Position numbers and translations under genes: made by a program. Of a stretch of DNA of 64,000 nt, positions 19,869 through 30,159 are shown piece by piece. This DNA is from an uncultured Phycisphaerales bacterium (GTDB lineage Bacteria; Planctomycetota; Phycisphaerae; Tepidisphaerales; Tepidisphaeraceae): positions 800,001 through 864,000 of the forward strand of contig CAVWVQ010000003.1 in the NCBI GenBank assembly GCA_963758525.1, written 5' to 3'. A model generated the notes under the pieces. The model saw only the letters and a list, made by a program, of their open reading frames with translations. It did no database searches and had not been told where the DNA came from. How positions within the stretch are numbered: the stretch's first letter is position 1; the number at the start of each line of letters is the position of its first letter.

Positions 19869-20684
19869 CCCAAGCGCCTGCGCTCCGGCTCCACGATCAA
19901 AATCGTCAAGGGACCCTTCTTCGCAGTGGTTTCCAAGAGCAAGTTTCGGATGGACATCTTCTTCGGCGCGCCCGGGGGGCCGGGGTCGATGTACGTCACA
20001 TCCTTCGGCGTAGGCCTGGGAAAAAATGATTCGACTCCAACCGGCACCTGGCAGGTCCAGTCCGGCAACAAGATCCTGCACCCCCGATACTACAGCCCAA
20101 ACAATGCCGGCGTGATCGACGCCGACGATCCGAAGAATCCCCTCGGCGGATATTGGATCGGCCTGGAAGGTCTCGACGGACAGGCCGTCGATCAACACTC
20201 CTACGGAATCCACGGCACCATCGACCCCGACTCCATCGGCAAGCAAGCCTCCCTCGGCTGCATCCGCATGGGACACGACGACATCGAACTCGCCTTCGAG
20301 CTCCTGGTCGAAGTGAAAAGCAAGATTGTTTGTCGTTCAGTGAGATGGATGCGCGGATCGATCATTTCCCCCTCGTTTCGTGGAATGAGAGATTCCGAGC
20401 GGCAGCAACGGGTCTGGGATGTGCTCCATGCGGAATATGGACCGCAATCCTTTCATCGCGTGGGAACGCTTCTGGTGTTCACACCCGACGAGTGGGATCT
20501 CTCGGACGACTCAGACATCGAATGAATCGCGGTCGGAACGCCGTGATCGCGTGAAGACCGCTCGGTCGTCACTCACTGGCAGCAGGCTCGCGCTGAGCCA
20601 GCTTCTCGTTCAGCGTCCGCTGGGCGACGGCTGAATATCCTGTCAGCTTATTGCGAAGATGCCGGCCGGTGCTGTGGAACGACC
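19869..20684. repeat. Long direct repeat, copy 2, including a 5'-truncated L,D-transpeptidase copy (19869..~20343)
   Basis: Matches 14494..15204 except a different internal segment (~20350-20471) and several SNPs; tandem CCCAAGCG at its start. Confidence 0.95.
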
Positions 20685-21234
20685 GGCTGGTCTGATTCAA
20701 GATGCGTTGACCCTGCTGCGTGAGCCGGGCGCGACGGGTTCGGCCCTGGTCCGGATCCAGAAGCCACATCAATCCAACGCCGGCGGCGCAGAATCCCACC
20801 GCGGTCAGCGCGACCGGCAGCACGTGGCTGGAGGGCTCTTCTCCGCGCAACGCCGACGCGGCATGGCGTCCGCGATGCCGCAATTCATCAATGGCAGACT
20901 GGGCATCACTGATAACTCGCGAAACAACATCCCGCGCATCGGCGGCCACGCCCGCCGCATCGGCCAGATGCGCCTTGGCTGCATCCTGGAGCGGAGCCGC
21001 CGCGTCCTTCACGGCGCCGGCAGCAGCATCGTGGGCCCGTTCGGCTTGGTCACGCGCCACCGCAGCCAGCGTCTCAATCTGCCCCTTGAGCTTATCGATC
21101 GCTTCGCCCGCCAGCCCGCTCAGTCGCTGGCGACGTTCCTGGCCGGCCTCAGGATCCAGCAGGTAAAGTGCCAGCGCGCCGCCCGCGGCGCCAACCAGGG
21201 CTGTCGTGAAACTCATCGTCTTGGACGTATTCAT
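20569..21234 (-). CDS. YtxH-like membrane-anchored helical protein
   Basis: Two hydrophobic segments, each followed by LLDP..G..RR.RL; Ala-rich helical middle; RBS AAGGAG. Confidence 0.7.
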   Translation of the reverse strand: MNTSKTMSFTTALVGAAGGALALYLLDPEAGQERRQRLSGLAGEAIDKLKGQIETLAAVARDQAERAHDAAAGAVKDAAAPLQDAAKAHLADAAGVAADARDVVSRVISDAQSAIDELRHRGRHAASALRGEEPSSHVLPVALTAVGFCAAGVGLMWLLDPDQGRTRRARLTQQGQRILNQTSRSFHSTGRHLRNKLTGYSAVAQRTLNEKLAQREPAASE

Positions 21235-21478
21235 GGCACCTCTCCTTGGGTTTCCGCGGCGCGTTCCGCCGTCGGCGGTCAGTTGAATCCCGGATCGTAA
21301 GCCTTTGGTCTCGTCCTGCGAACCCCTAATTTTCGATCTTCCTGCGGTCCCGCACAACTACAGGCCTGCAGCCCGTGCGCCACGACATCCGTTCCCGGTC
21401 CGATAACTGCTCATGCTTCAAGGTCCGGTCGGCCGAAGATACATCCGTCGGGAAAGCCAATCAGCAAAGGAGATCGCC

Positions 21479-21646
21479 ATGACGCACGGGCGTAAAATGT
21501 TGCTTGAAACGCTGGCCGGTCACATCGCGCTGCTCGAGTCAGTCAACCCCAGGAAAGCCAGCTCACCGGTTGCGAGGAAGACTCGCCGGTACATCAAGGC
21601 ATGTCTGAAACGCCAGGACGGGTTCGCGCGTCCTCTGGCAGCGTGA
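21479..21646 (+). CDS. Small hypothetical protein (55 aa)
   Basis: AAGGAG-N6-ATG ribosome-binding site; no recognised family. Confidence 0.45.
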   Translation: MTHGRKMLLETLAGHIALLESVNPRKASSPVARKTRRYIKACLKRQDGFARPLAA

Positions 21647-21743
21647 GGCCAAGGCGTGCAAGAGTATCCACGGCCGCGGACCAAATCTTAGTGCTCGCGC
21701 ACAAATAACTGGATCAGCTTCGAAACCATAAGTGATGCAATTA

Positions 21744-21800
21744 TGTAGCACGGCCGTCTCGGCTGTGGCCCCAAATCACAGCCGGGACGGCTGTGCCACA
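21744..21800. repeat. REP-like hairpin
   Basis: GTAGCACGGCCGTCTCGGCTGTG ... CACAGCCGGGACGGCTGTGCCAC between convergent genes. Confidence 0.8.
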
Positions 21801-21857
21801 GCGGAATCGCCCTGATGAACGAGGGTCGAAAATGAGCGCCGCGAAAAAAACTCGGGC

Positions 21858-23114
21858 TCACCCTGCTGAGGAAGTGACTCTCTCCTTCCGCAACAGCACT
21901 GCCGCCAGCAGCGCGATCACGCCCTCCACTCCCGCGAACGCCAGCAGCGCCAGCGAAAGCCTCGGCGTCAGCAGCAGTTGAAAGAGGACCGACCCCAATC
22001 CGAATCCGGTGAAGAGGAAGAAGGCATTGAGACCCATCGCCTGCCCGCGACGGAGCGGATCGAGCGAGGTGATGATTCCGGCCAGCGGCGGATGGCTCAT
22101 GTCAAATCCGAGCGAGAGTGCCGTCACGATCAGTGCCGCGGCGACGAGGGGAACCTCCGGCGCCAGTGCCGCGCCGGCAACCGCGGAGATGAGCAGGCCG
22201 GCGGGGATGATAAGACTGCGTCCAAACCGATCGGCGGCACGCCCGATCAGCGGACCCAGAAGCATTCCGGGAATCCCATATCCCAGCAGCGCCAACCCGA
22301 TCCCGCGATCCCCAAGCCCGTAACGTCGCGAAAAGTAAAACCCCAGCCATGAGAAGACGCCAGACTGAAAGACCGCGTTGAAGAAGATCAGCAGATATCC
22401 TCGTGCGCCGCGCGGGTTTTGCAGAAGCGAGACATATCCGCGAATCGCCTCAAGCGCCCCGGGCTGATGAGTCGACTTGCGCCCCCGAAGAAACGCCCGA
22501 TGCCTCCACGCGAAGCCGAGATTGACGACGCTCGCCACGCCCAGCGCCGCGAGTTCGACGCGCCAGCCCACAATCGGGTTGAGAATCGCCCCCAGCGTCG
22601 AGCCGAACGCCATCCCGCCGGCAATCGCGCCGAAGATCCACCCGATCGCCCTGCCGCGCTGCTGATAGGGGAACAGGTCGCCCAGCAGCGCCAGCGTGAT
22701 CGGAATAATTCCGCCCGACGCCAGCCCCGCCGCGATCCGCCAGGCCAGCAGCCCGCCAAGCGACGTGGCGCTTGCCGCGCCAAAGGTCGCGACGTTCAGC
22801 ACCGCCAGCATCCCCAGCAGCACCGCCTTGCGGCCGACCCGGTCGGAAAGCGGCCCGTAAAACAGCGTTGAGCATCCGTAGGGCAACAGGTAGCCCGGCA
22901 CCAGCATCCCCACTCTCTGGGCGGAGACGTGAAACTGCAGCGACAGCGCCGGAATCAGCGGCGCGATCAGATACGCCTGGAACATGATGAGAAACGAAGC
23001 CGCCGACATCACGCGCAGCACGACCTCGCGCTCGTGGTGTTCCAGAAGTTGATTCGAATAGACCTCGGTTTCCAAACGTTTTCCGGAAGAAGAACCCGCG
23101 GAGTGTAGGCGCAA
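21858..23114 (-). CDS. MFS transporter; start uncertain
   Basis: ~12 hydrophobic segments; motif A GPLSDRVGRK and GRAADRFGR. Confidence 0.9.
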   Translation of the reverse strand: MRLHSAGSSSGKRLETEVYSNQLLEHHEREVVLRVMSAASFLIMFQAYLIAPLIPALSLQFHVSAQRVGMLVPGYLLPYGCSTLFYGPLSDRVGRKAVLLGMLAVLNVATFGAASATSLGGLLAWRIAAGLASGGIIPITLALLGDLFPYQQRGRAIGWIFGAIAGGMAFGSTLGAILNPIVGWRVELAALGVASVVNLGFAWRHRAFLRGRKSTHQPGALEAIRGYVSLLQNPRGARGYLLIFFNAVFQSGVFSWLGFYFSRRYGLGDRGIGLALLGYGIPGMLLGPLIGRAADRFGRSLIIPAGLLISAVAGAALAPEVPLVAAALIVTALSLGFDMSHPPLAGIITSLDPLRRGQAMGLNAFFLFTGFGLGSVLFQLLLTPRLSLALLAFAGVEGVIALLAAVLLRKERVTSSAG

Positions 23115-23242
23115 TTGCGATCCCGACCTCGATCATAATTACTTTGTTTGGAGTCGACGCCAGCTATTCGGGTACGCCTGCGCACCGAATCTTGCCGCGG
23201 CGCGAGTTTTCAAAAGTGCATCCGAATTGACGGCGATATCCG

Positions 23243-23371
23243 CTCCTGCCCTCTCCCCTGGTACTCCGGGGGAGAGCTGGGGTGGGGGTTCGTCCATCTG
23301 GCGGGAAACCGCAGGTTCGCGATATCTATCCCGAACCTCAGTCCCCCCGGGCACGAGGGAAGGAGGCAAGA
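23243..23371. repeat. Degenerate CCCTCTCCCC..GGGAGAG-type paired hairpin element
   Basis: CTCTCCCCTGGTACTCCGGGGGAGAG followed by a decayed inverted copy. Confidence 0.55.
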
Positions 23372-23410
23372 AGACGCTCTCCGAAAAAGCGCCAAGCCCA
23401 CCGCGGAGTA

Positions 23411-24421
23411 TTAACTCTTGGGACCCGGCCGATCCTGCTCAGCCGGCGCCGCCGGTTCCGTCGTCGGCACTCTGAACGATCGCTCGACCATATCGTGCGC
23501 ATCGTACGACCTCGGATAATCCCGCCAGAGCCAACGCATCATTTCCGGGAGAATCGCCCCGCCCTGCTTCTGCCCGTGGAGGCCGATGCCCCAGCAATAG
23601 TTCACGTCGTATCCCTTCTTCGTCATCGCTTCTTCAAGGCGGACGTTTTGCAAATGCCAATCGCGATCGGGATCGTAGTGATCCCCTTTCAGCGCCCGAT
23701 TGTCATTCACGCCGTCCTGAAAAAACATGCGGATCGGTTTCCTGTCGGCCGCCATCACTCGTTCGGGATAAACCTGGCCCCCGCGCAAGTTGACGAAGCT
23801 GCCCACCATGCTGATGACTTTACGGAACTGATCGGGCCTTTCCCAGGCAACGGAAAACGCCGCGATCGCGCCCGAGCTGGCTCCGCCGATCGCGTGCATG
23901 TCGGGATCCGGGGAAATGTTGTATTGCTTCGTGATGGCCGGCATCAGCTCATCGACAATCACGCGCGCGTAAGCGTCGTTCGGCGTGTTGTATTCCGCCG
24001 GGCGGTTCGTGTTGCGATCGCCCCAGTCGTGCGGCGTCGGCTCCGGCTGATCGGGCCGCCGGCCAGGATTGATGAAGACGCCGATCATCACCGGGATCTC
24101 GCGCCGAAAGATCAGATTGTCCAGCACATTCTGCGTTCGCACGTCGCCGGTCGGATTGATGAACGCCTGCCCGTCGTTAAAGACCATCAGTGCCGCCGGC
24201 TGCGCGGCGTCATATTGTGCCGGGACATACACCCAGTAGGTGTGCGACGTGCCGGGAAACACATTGCTGGGAAGCGTCGTCGGGCCGACGAGCTTCCCAG
24301 TCGGAACCCCCTCCTGCGGCAGCGAATCCGGCCCCAGTTTGTAGTAGTTGTCTTCGCCAACGGCGAAAAGGCTCGAAGCCAGCATGAGATGAGCCACCAA
24401 AAATGCGCGTCGCGTTTTCAT
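23411..24421 (-). CDS. Secreted alpha/beta hydrolase (enterochelin-esterase-like)
   Basis: Signal peptide; [16 protein letters not shown], nucleophile elbow GASSG, GLHG. Confidence 0.88.
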   Translation of the reverse strand: MKTRRAFLVAHLMLASSLFAVGEDNYYKLGPDSLPQEGVPTGKLVGPTTLPSNVFPGTSHTYWVYVPAQYDAAQPAALMVFNDGQAFINPTGDVRTQNVLDNLIFRREIPVMIGVFINPGRRPDQPEPTPHDWGDRNTNRPAEYNTPNDAYARVIVDELMPAITKQYNISPDPDMHAIGGASSGAIAAFSVAWERPDQFRKVISMVGSFVNLRGGQVYPERVMAADRKPIRMFFQDGVNDNRALKGDHYDPDRDWHLQNVRLEEAMTKKGYDVNYCWGIGLHGQKQGGAILPEMMRWLWRDYPRSYDAHDMVERSFRVPTTEPAAPAEQDRPGPKS

Positions 24422-24585
24422 GTCGCTCCATCTTACCGCATCACCGCTCAGACCTGCCCCACTGGTTTGAGAGGCAACAATTGGATCGGATTGGCTTGCG
24501 AAAAATCGATCGGCTGGAAGGTGATCTTCACGACCAGGGCGGCCATCAAGAGAGAATGAGCCCGCGATGACTCGCGCGCGCCCCT

Positions 24586-26470
24586 TTACTTCGCGCTCAC
24601 CGCAAGCGGGCCGGCGTGAACCGCGATCACCCGCACCACCACGCAGTCCACCGGCCGCGTGCCTTCGATTTTGCCCAGCACGTTCATGTGCTCATCCTTC
24701 ACTTCGCTGGTGTAGCGCCGACTGGCAGTGCCCGCGCCCTCGATCACGGCAATGACGTCCCAGTCGATGTGGTCGTCCACGCTGTCGCCGATCTGCTGGG
24801 CGGCATCGGCAAACGCCTTTCTGATCTTCCGGTCGTACGTGCCGGCGACAGGCTGGCCGTCGACCCACATCACCAGATCGTACGTGCCATCGAAATCCCA
24901 GCCGGAGCGATTGCGGATGCCTTTAAAGAGGAAGGTCTTTCCCTTCATCGACGCGGCGTCGGTGGGATGAAACCCTTCCTGCGCGGGAATGGATGAGACG
25001 ATGCTGGGCCAGGCGGCGTTGGCGTCGGCGGTCATCTTGCGCAATGCTTCGTCGTGCTGCTGCTTGAGCGCGGCCAACTCGTCCTGCCAGCGCTGATCCA
25101 GTTTTTTGCCACGGGCGACGTCGGCGTCGTGGAACTTCGAGCCGGCCAGATGGTCATCGGCCCAGCGGACCATGTCGCCGGCGGCGCCGATGTCGAAACG
25201 ATCTTCGCCCTGCGGACGCGGTTGTTTCTCGGCGGCGTCCATCCACAGATTGAAGGCGCTGTCGAGCTTGGCCTGCGCATCGGCCAGCGTTTTGTCCGCG
25301 TCGCTGATCGCCCCCGCGGCCTTCGGCAGGTCCGCCTGCTTCTGGCGGGCAGCGACGGTCTCCTTCTCTTCCAGGAAAAACTTCGTCTGCTGCACGGCTT
25401 GCTCGGTCTTGGGCACGTTCGGCTTCTCGAACGCCCGATTCGGCGCGGCTTCGCTCTCGCTCTGCCAACCGTCGAAGCCCTGAGCGTAATACTTCCAACG
25501 GTTCACCACGGCCGCCTCGACATTGGCCGCGGCCCAGGCTGACTCGTATCCGTCGATCTTCGCCTGCGCCGCCGCCAGCCGATCCTCGTTGGTCTTCCGA
25601 TCGGCGTCTCCTTCGGGAATGCGGGACAACTGATACGCGGCTCGCGAACGCAGCGCCTGCAGCTCGTCGGTCACTTTGTAAGCCGAGTTCGAATCCGTTC
25701 CCTGGAAGGGATCGGAAGTCAGCCGTTGTTCGAGTGCGGCGATCGCCGGCGTCGCGCGGTCCAGTGCGTCCTTCTTAATCACGCCGGCAAATTTCGCCTC
25801 CGAGCTGGCGAGACTGGCGCAGGCGCTGCATCGTCGCGTCGTCGAGCTTCTGCTTTGCCTCATCGGACGCCAGGTATTTCGCCGCTTCATCCAGCCGCGT
25901 GCGCGCGAAACGCTGGTCATTGCCGCCGTTCTCATCGGCGGCGCGCAAATCGCTCTCGACGCGCTGGGCGAACCGAGCGGCCTCCTCGCTCTTTTTGCCC
26001 CCATTGAGCTTCGCCTGCAGCGCATCCACGCGGGCCTGCAGCTTCACACGGGCGTCGGCATTCAGATTCTTCTTCGCGTCGTCGGTGTTCAGCGCATCCA
26101 CCGCCTGGGCGAGCTCCGTCGCGGCACTGTTCACATTGGAATCGGCATCTCCCTCGGCAAAAGTCAGGAAGCGGGCGACGTCGCGCTCGATCTTGCCGGA
26201 GACTTCGGGGTCCACCGTGCTCGCGAGCTTCTGCCGCAGGTCGGCAATGCTCTTCACGATCGGCGCCTTCTCCTCATCAGTCAGGCCGTCGAGAAACGTC
26301 TCGGCCTCCTTGAGCTTGTCGAGCGCATCGTCCTTCTGATTTTTGTCCGCGTAATCCTGCGCCTGCACGACCCGGCTCCTCGCCGCGCTCACGCTCCCGG
26401 CCCAAGCCGGCACGGCAAAAATCAGGAACGCTAAAATCACCGACAGGATCGACCGATTCAGGTTGCGCAT
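24586..26470 (-). CDS. Large secreted alpha-helical hypothetical protein, frameshift near 25820
   Basis: Signal peptide [12 protein letters not shown]; ORFs 25775..26470 and 24586..26025 join. Confidence 0.7.
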
Positions 26471-26604
26471 GAGGTTCCTTTAGATAGAGATGGATCGGGG
26501 AGAATTCTAACACCGGTCGAGCCGCCGCTCAAAGCATTTGCAGCCGGATATGTTCTTACGGCCATCGCGTATACTATACTGATGTTTGATCGGCGGGAGT
26601 CACC

Positions 26605-27222
26605 ATGAGTAAGAGAGATTTTCTCGACAATCTCCGCCTCGCGCGAAGTCTCTTCGTACACGGGCGCGCAACGAGCAACAGCCGCAAACTCGATCCTGCC
26701 GCTTTGAAGCAGGCGATCATACGAGCGGCCATATGGCTGACTCCGAAGGCGGTCGAAGACTTCAACGAAGCTGACTTCGCCGAACTCGGGTCCGCGCGTC
26801 AACGGGCGCTGGGAGACGCCGTTCGGGAGTTCGAGCTGGTCGCAGGACAGGTTCCGCAAGACGCGCCCCCGAGCGACGCGCAGGTCAGCCAAGCCGGTGA
26901 CGCTCTTCGTCGGATACTGGAGATCGTTGGCAACTACCTCCCCGCTCACGAAGAGGAGCTTCAGATCCAGAATGCATTGGCGCACTTGGACTACCCGTCA
27001 TGGGTTCGCAACTGGGATTTTGAGCCGGGAAGCAATGGGGACGGCGAGCCATCATTGTGGGTTACGCTTTACGCGGATGATGGTGCAGTGCCGCCCGAGC
27101 TTCTCGGCAAGCGCGCCACGGATATGATCCCGATGATCCGCGCCGCCTTAAAAGGGGCCGGTGTGCGAAGGTGGCCGTACCTGCGGGTGTGGACTGCGCG
27201 AGAGTACCAGACGCAGTCGTGA
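26605..27222 (+). CDS. Hypothetical protein with a C-terminal nucleotidyltransferase-like (degenerate MNT) domain; putative HEPN partner
   Basis: GSNGDGEPSLWVTLYADD..WPYLRVWT; RBS GGGAG; lies directly upstream of a HEPN gene. Confidence 0.6.
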   Translation: MSKRDFLDNLRLARSLFVHGRATSNSRKLDPAALKQAIIRAAIWLTPKAVEDFNEADFAELGSARQRALGDAVREFELVAGQVPQDAPPSDAQVSQAGDALRRILEIVGNYLPAHEEELQIQNALAHLDYPSWVRNWDFEPGSNGDGEPSLWVTLYADDGAVPPELLGKRATDMIPMIRAALKGAGVRRWPYLRVWTAREYQTQS

Positions 27223-27234
27223 AGTGGGAAAGGA

Positions 27235-27777
27235 ATGGCACTTCACGACGATCTGTTGAACCTGGCCCTCGGTATGGTCACGGCGACTGCGGCTCCGCCC
27301 GCACCGACGGCGCCTGCCTTGCCAGGTCCTCCGTCCGTCGTCCCGCCAGCGACTCCGAAGACGGAGGCGGAACTGCGCCGTGGGATTTCAACGGCGTATT
27401 ACGCGCTGTTCCACTTGCTCATCGACGTCGCGACAACCCGAGGAGTAGCGACAGCGGCACTTCGCGCACATGTTGCGAGGAATTTCGAACATCGAAATAT
27501 GACGGCAGTCTGCAGGAAATACACCAACCTTCCGACGGACAAGGCGGGTCACCCCGTGCCGCTTGAGATCCAACGCATCGCCGAACGCTTCGTGCAACTT
27601 CAGGAATCCAGGCATAAAGCGGACTACAATGTGAAGGACCCGGTGACGTCCGTTGAGGCTCGAACCTCGGTGCAAATGGCACAGGACGCCTTTAACGACT
27701 GGAGAAACATCTCCTCAAACGTCGCGGCCGACGTGTTTCTGACGGAACTGCTTGTCGGTGGTATCAAAGATCGCTGA
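27235..27777 (+). CDS. HEPN domain protein
   Basis: LRRGISTAYYALFH and LQESRHKADY HEPN signatures. Confidence 0.82.
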   Translation: MALHDDLLNLALGMVTATAAPPAPTAPALPGPPSVVPPATPKTEAELRRGISTAYYALFHLLIDVATTRGVATAALRAHVARNFEHRNMTAVCRKYTNLPTDKAGHPVPLEIQRIAERFVQLQESRHKADYNVKDPVTSVEARTSVQMAQDAFNDWRNISSNVAADVFLTELLVGGIKDR

Positions 27778-27816
27778 TTGAGCGACTCATGCACAATCAG
27801 GCGCTTCGTCTTCAAA

Positions 27817-28260
27817 TCAGCGGGCAGCGCCGAACGTCATGACAACGTTACTCAGCGTGACGGAGCGGACGCTCAACACGCTGAAGGTCAGACGAAGCTT
27901 GCGTATCAGCAGCGGCCGAGAAGCGACATCCGCAAATTCCAGAATCAAGTCTTGGCTCAGGCACAGGCGGATTCGCGCCTCGCGAACAGCTTGGAAACAC
28001 GCGCCGGCCGGTCCGTTGGCGCTCGACATCGCCTGCAGCAGCACATTATTGTCGAACCCGGCCCGGATTGGCGCTTCAGTTGGATCGTTCACCGGCATCT
28101 ATTCCGGGAGCGCCGGATCGCGTTCGTACGGGACGCCCCGCATGGCGTGGGTTTCAACTTCCAGAAATGCCGCCAGCTCGTCATCGGTCATCCCGCTGGC
28201 GGAAAAGGCTTCGCGGGTCGGTTTGAGAGCCTCGTCCGTACGCCGGGCCAACTCCGCGAA
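27817..28260 (-). pseudogene. Decayed antitoxin plus truncated PIN toxin
   Basis: Antitoxin tail LKPTREAFSASGMTDDELAAFLEVE abuts the PIN N-terminus RAGFDNNVLLQA..LSQDLILEFADVASRP, which ends after ~90 aa. Confidence 0.65.
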
Positions 28261-28498
28261 CTAAGTGGTTTCGACCACAGGCCGCTCTTCGATCAACGTC
28301 CAGGCAGGCGACGGCAATTCGGACTGAAGCGTACAATAGGCACTGGCGGCTTGCGCGCGTGTGGCGAAGCGGATGTCAAACGCATTGCCAACTCGCACCT
28401 GTACGCCCCCGGCCTTCTGCATCGCCTTTTCCAGCTTGGTTCCGCGGCCGTGAAAATAATGGTTGCTGGTCGATTCACGCCGCGCGTCATCCGGCCTA

Positions 28499-29467
28499 TC
28501 AAACCTTCAGCGCCAGCTTCCCCAGGTAATGCGTGTCCAGCATCCGCTGCGCATCGGCTGCCTGTTCCAGCGGGAACGACTTGGCAACATGCACGGTAAA
28601 TGGAGCATTTCCAACCAGGCGATGAAGCCGGGCGAACAACTCGGGTTCGGGATCGCAATCGAATGCGGTGGCGGTGATGCCGGCCGGGGGTTTTGGGATG
28701 GGCTCAACGCCGTTGGGATAGGCGACGCGGCCGGTCGATTTGAGCGTGGTGAGCGCCTTGTCGGCGGCGGGGCCGCCGGCGGCGAGCAGGGCGGTGTCGA
28801 TGCCAGAAGGGGCAAACCGTTTGGCTTCCGAAACGACATCATCCGCGCGGCCGTTGATCGCCATGTCTGCGCCGACGCGCTTGCAAAGCTCGACGCCGTC
28901 AGAACCGGAGGCGACGGCGAACACTTTGGCGCCCATGCGCTTTGCGAGTTGGACCGCCAGATGTCCCAGGCCGCCGCCGGCGCCGAAGATGAGGATGGAC
29001 TCGCCGGATTTGAGGTGCAACACGTCGTCCAGGCCGCGCAGGGCGGTGCCGGCGTCCACGACGTAGGTGCTGGCCTGCTCGGCGGTCATGCTCGGCGGAA
29101 GCGGGTGCGTCATGTCGGCTTTCACCGCGGCATATTCAGCGTAAAAGCCGCCCTTGGGATTGAGGAAGCCGACCGCATAGACCTGATCGCCAACGCGCGG
29201 GGTCGTCACACCGCTGCCAACGGCCACCACTTCGCCAGCCCCTTCGCTTCCGAGGATCAGCGGGAACTTGGGCTGCAGATTCATCATCTGCGCAAAGTAG
29301 CCTTCGCGCTCGATCGGATCCCACACCGCGACACCGGCGTAGCTGACGCGGATCAGCACCTCGCCGGCATCGGCCTTGGGCACGGGCAGCGTCTGCAAGC
29401 GCAGCTTGTCCACGCCGCCGAATGAATCGATCGCGATCGCCCGCATCTGTGTTGCAATAGCTGCCAT
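28499..29467 (-). CDS. NADPH:quinone oxidoreductase-like MDR family protein
   Basis: MRAIAI..FGG, GEVLIRV, PLILGSEGAGEVVAVG, ILIFGAGGGLG, GKLAL. Confidence 0.9.
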   Translation of the reverse strand: MAAIATQMRAIAIDSFGGVDKLRLQTLPVPKADAGEVLIRVSYAGVAVWDPIEREGYFAQMMNLQPKFPLILGSEGAGEVVAVGSGVTTPRVGDQVYAVGFLNPKGGFYAEYAAVKADMTHPLPPSMTAEQASTYVVDAGTALRGLDDVLHLKSGESILIFGAGGGLGHLAVQLAKRMGAKVFAVASGSDGVELCKRVGADMAINGRADDVVSEAKRFAPSGIDTALLAAGGPAADKALTTLKSTGRVAYPNGVEPIPKPPAGITATAFDCDPEPELFARLHRLVGNAPFTVHVAKSFPLEQAADAQRMLDTHYLGKLALKV

Positions 29468-29700
29468 GTGAAGTCTCCGGTTTGGTGCCGAATGAACGCT
29501 CGCCTTCAGCTACGCAGGTGCCGTCTGGGCAGCGGCTAAGCGAGAGTCGAAAACGCCTACCGGCGCACACTAACTTGCCCATTGTTGGCCGCTTGGACGG
29601 GAGAAGGCAAATCGCTTCGGCCGCTGATCATCGAAGACCTGATGCGATGCCGTATCCGGTCATTCCAGTTCGTCAAACCGCGGAATGATTGAAAGTTCAC

Positions 29701-30069
29701 TTACGGTTGCGTGCTGGGGACGAACTGCTCGCTGACGGTCTTTTCGACAAACGACACACTGGCCACGGGAACAATGGACAGCGTCTTGCGGTCATCCACG
29801 CCAGTCACCCCATTCGTTTTGCCGCATAATTCTTTAATCTCACCGGATACTTCAAAGGAAGTGCCGTCAAACCCGATCAGGGTGCCCGCAACGCAGTCCA
29901 TCGTTGAGGTGCCATGTTGAAGGTACAACCGGACCTCGTCGCCGGTATGAAGATTGCGCCGCAACGCCGTCGCTGAATCGGTGGCACCTGTCGCGGCCGG
30001 CGCGGGCTGTCGGCACCACACCACGGTCAAGCAGCATACGACGATCGCCAGCAAGAAGATCTTTCGCAT
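29701..30069 (-). CDS. Small secreted hypothetical protein ending in PSTQP
   Basis: RBS GGAGG and a signal peptide. Confidence 0.65.
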   Translation of the reverse strand: MRKIFLLAIVVCCLTVVWCRQPAPAATGATDSATALRRNLHTGDEVRLYLQHGTSTMDCVAGTLIGFDGTSFEVSGEIKELCGKTNGVTGVDDRKTLSIVPVASVSFVEKTVSEQFVPSTQP

Positions 30070-30159
30070 GAAACCTCCGGATCGCTTCTTCTATAGCTCG
30101 TTCAAATGTTGGCGACAACGCCGATTCTGCCGCATATGCGAAGGACGTTGGATCGCCCG

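Noticed and set aside
19554..20525. 323-aa chimeric L,D-transpeptidase ORF
   Set aside because: Read-through of antisense Mrr sequence, REP repeats, the duplicated gene half and a small-gene fragment; depends on a 1-nt indel near 20330
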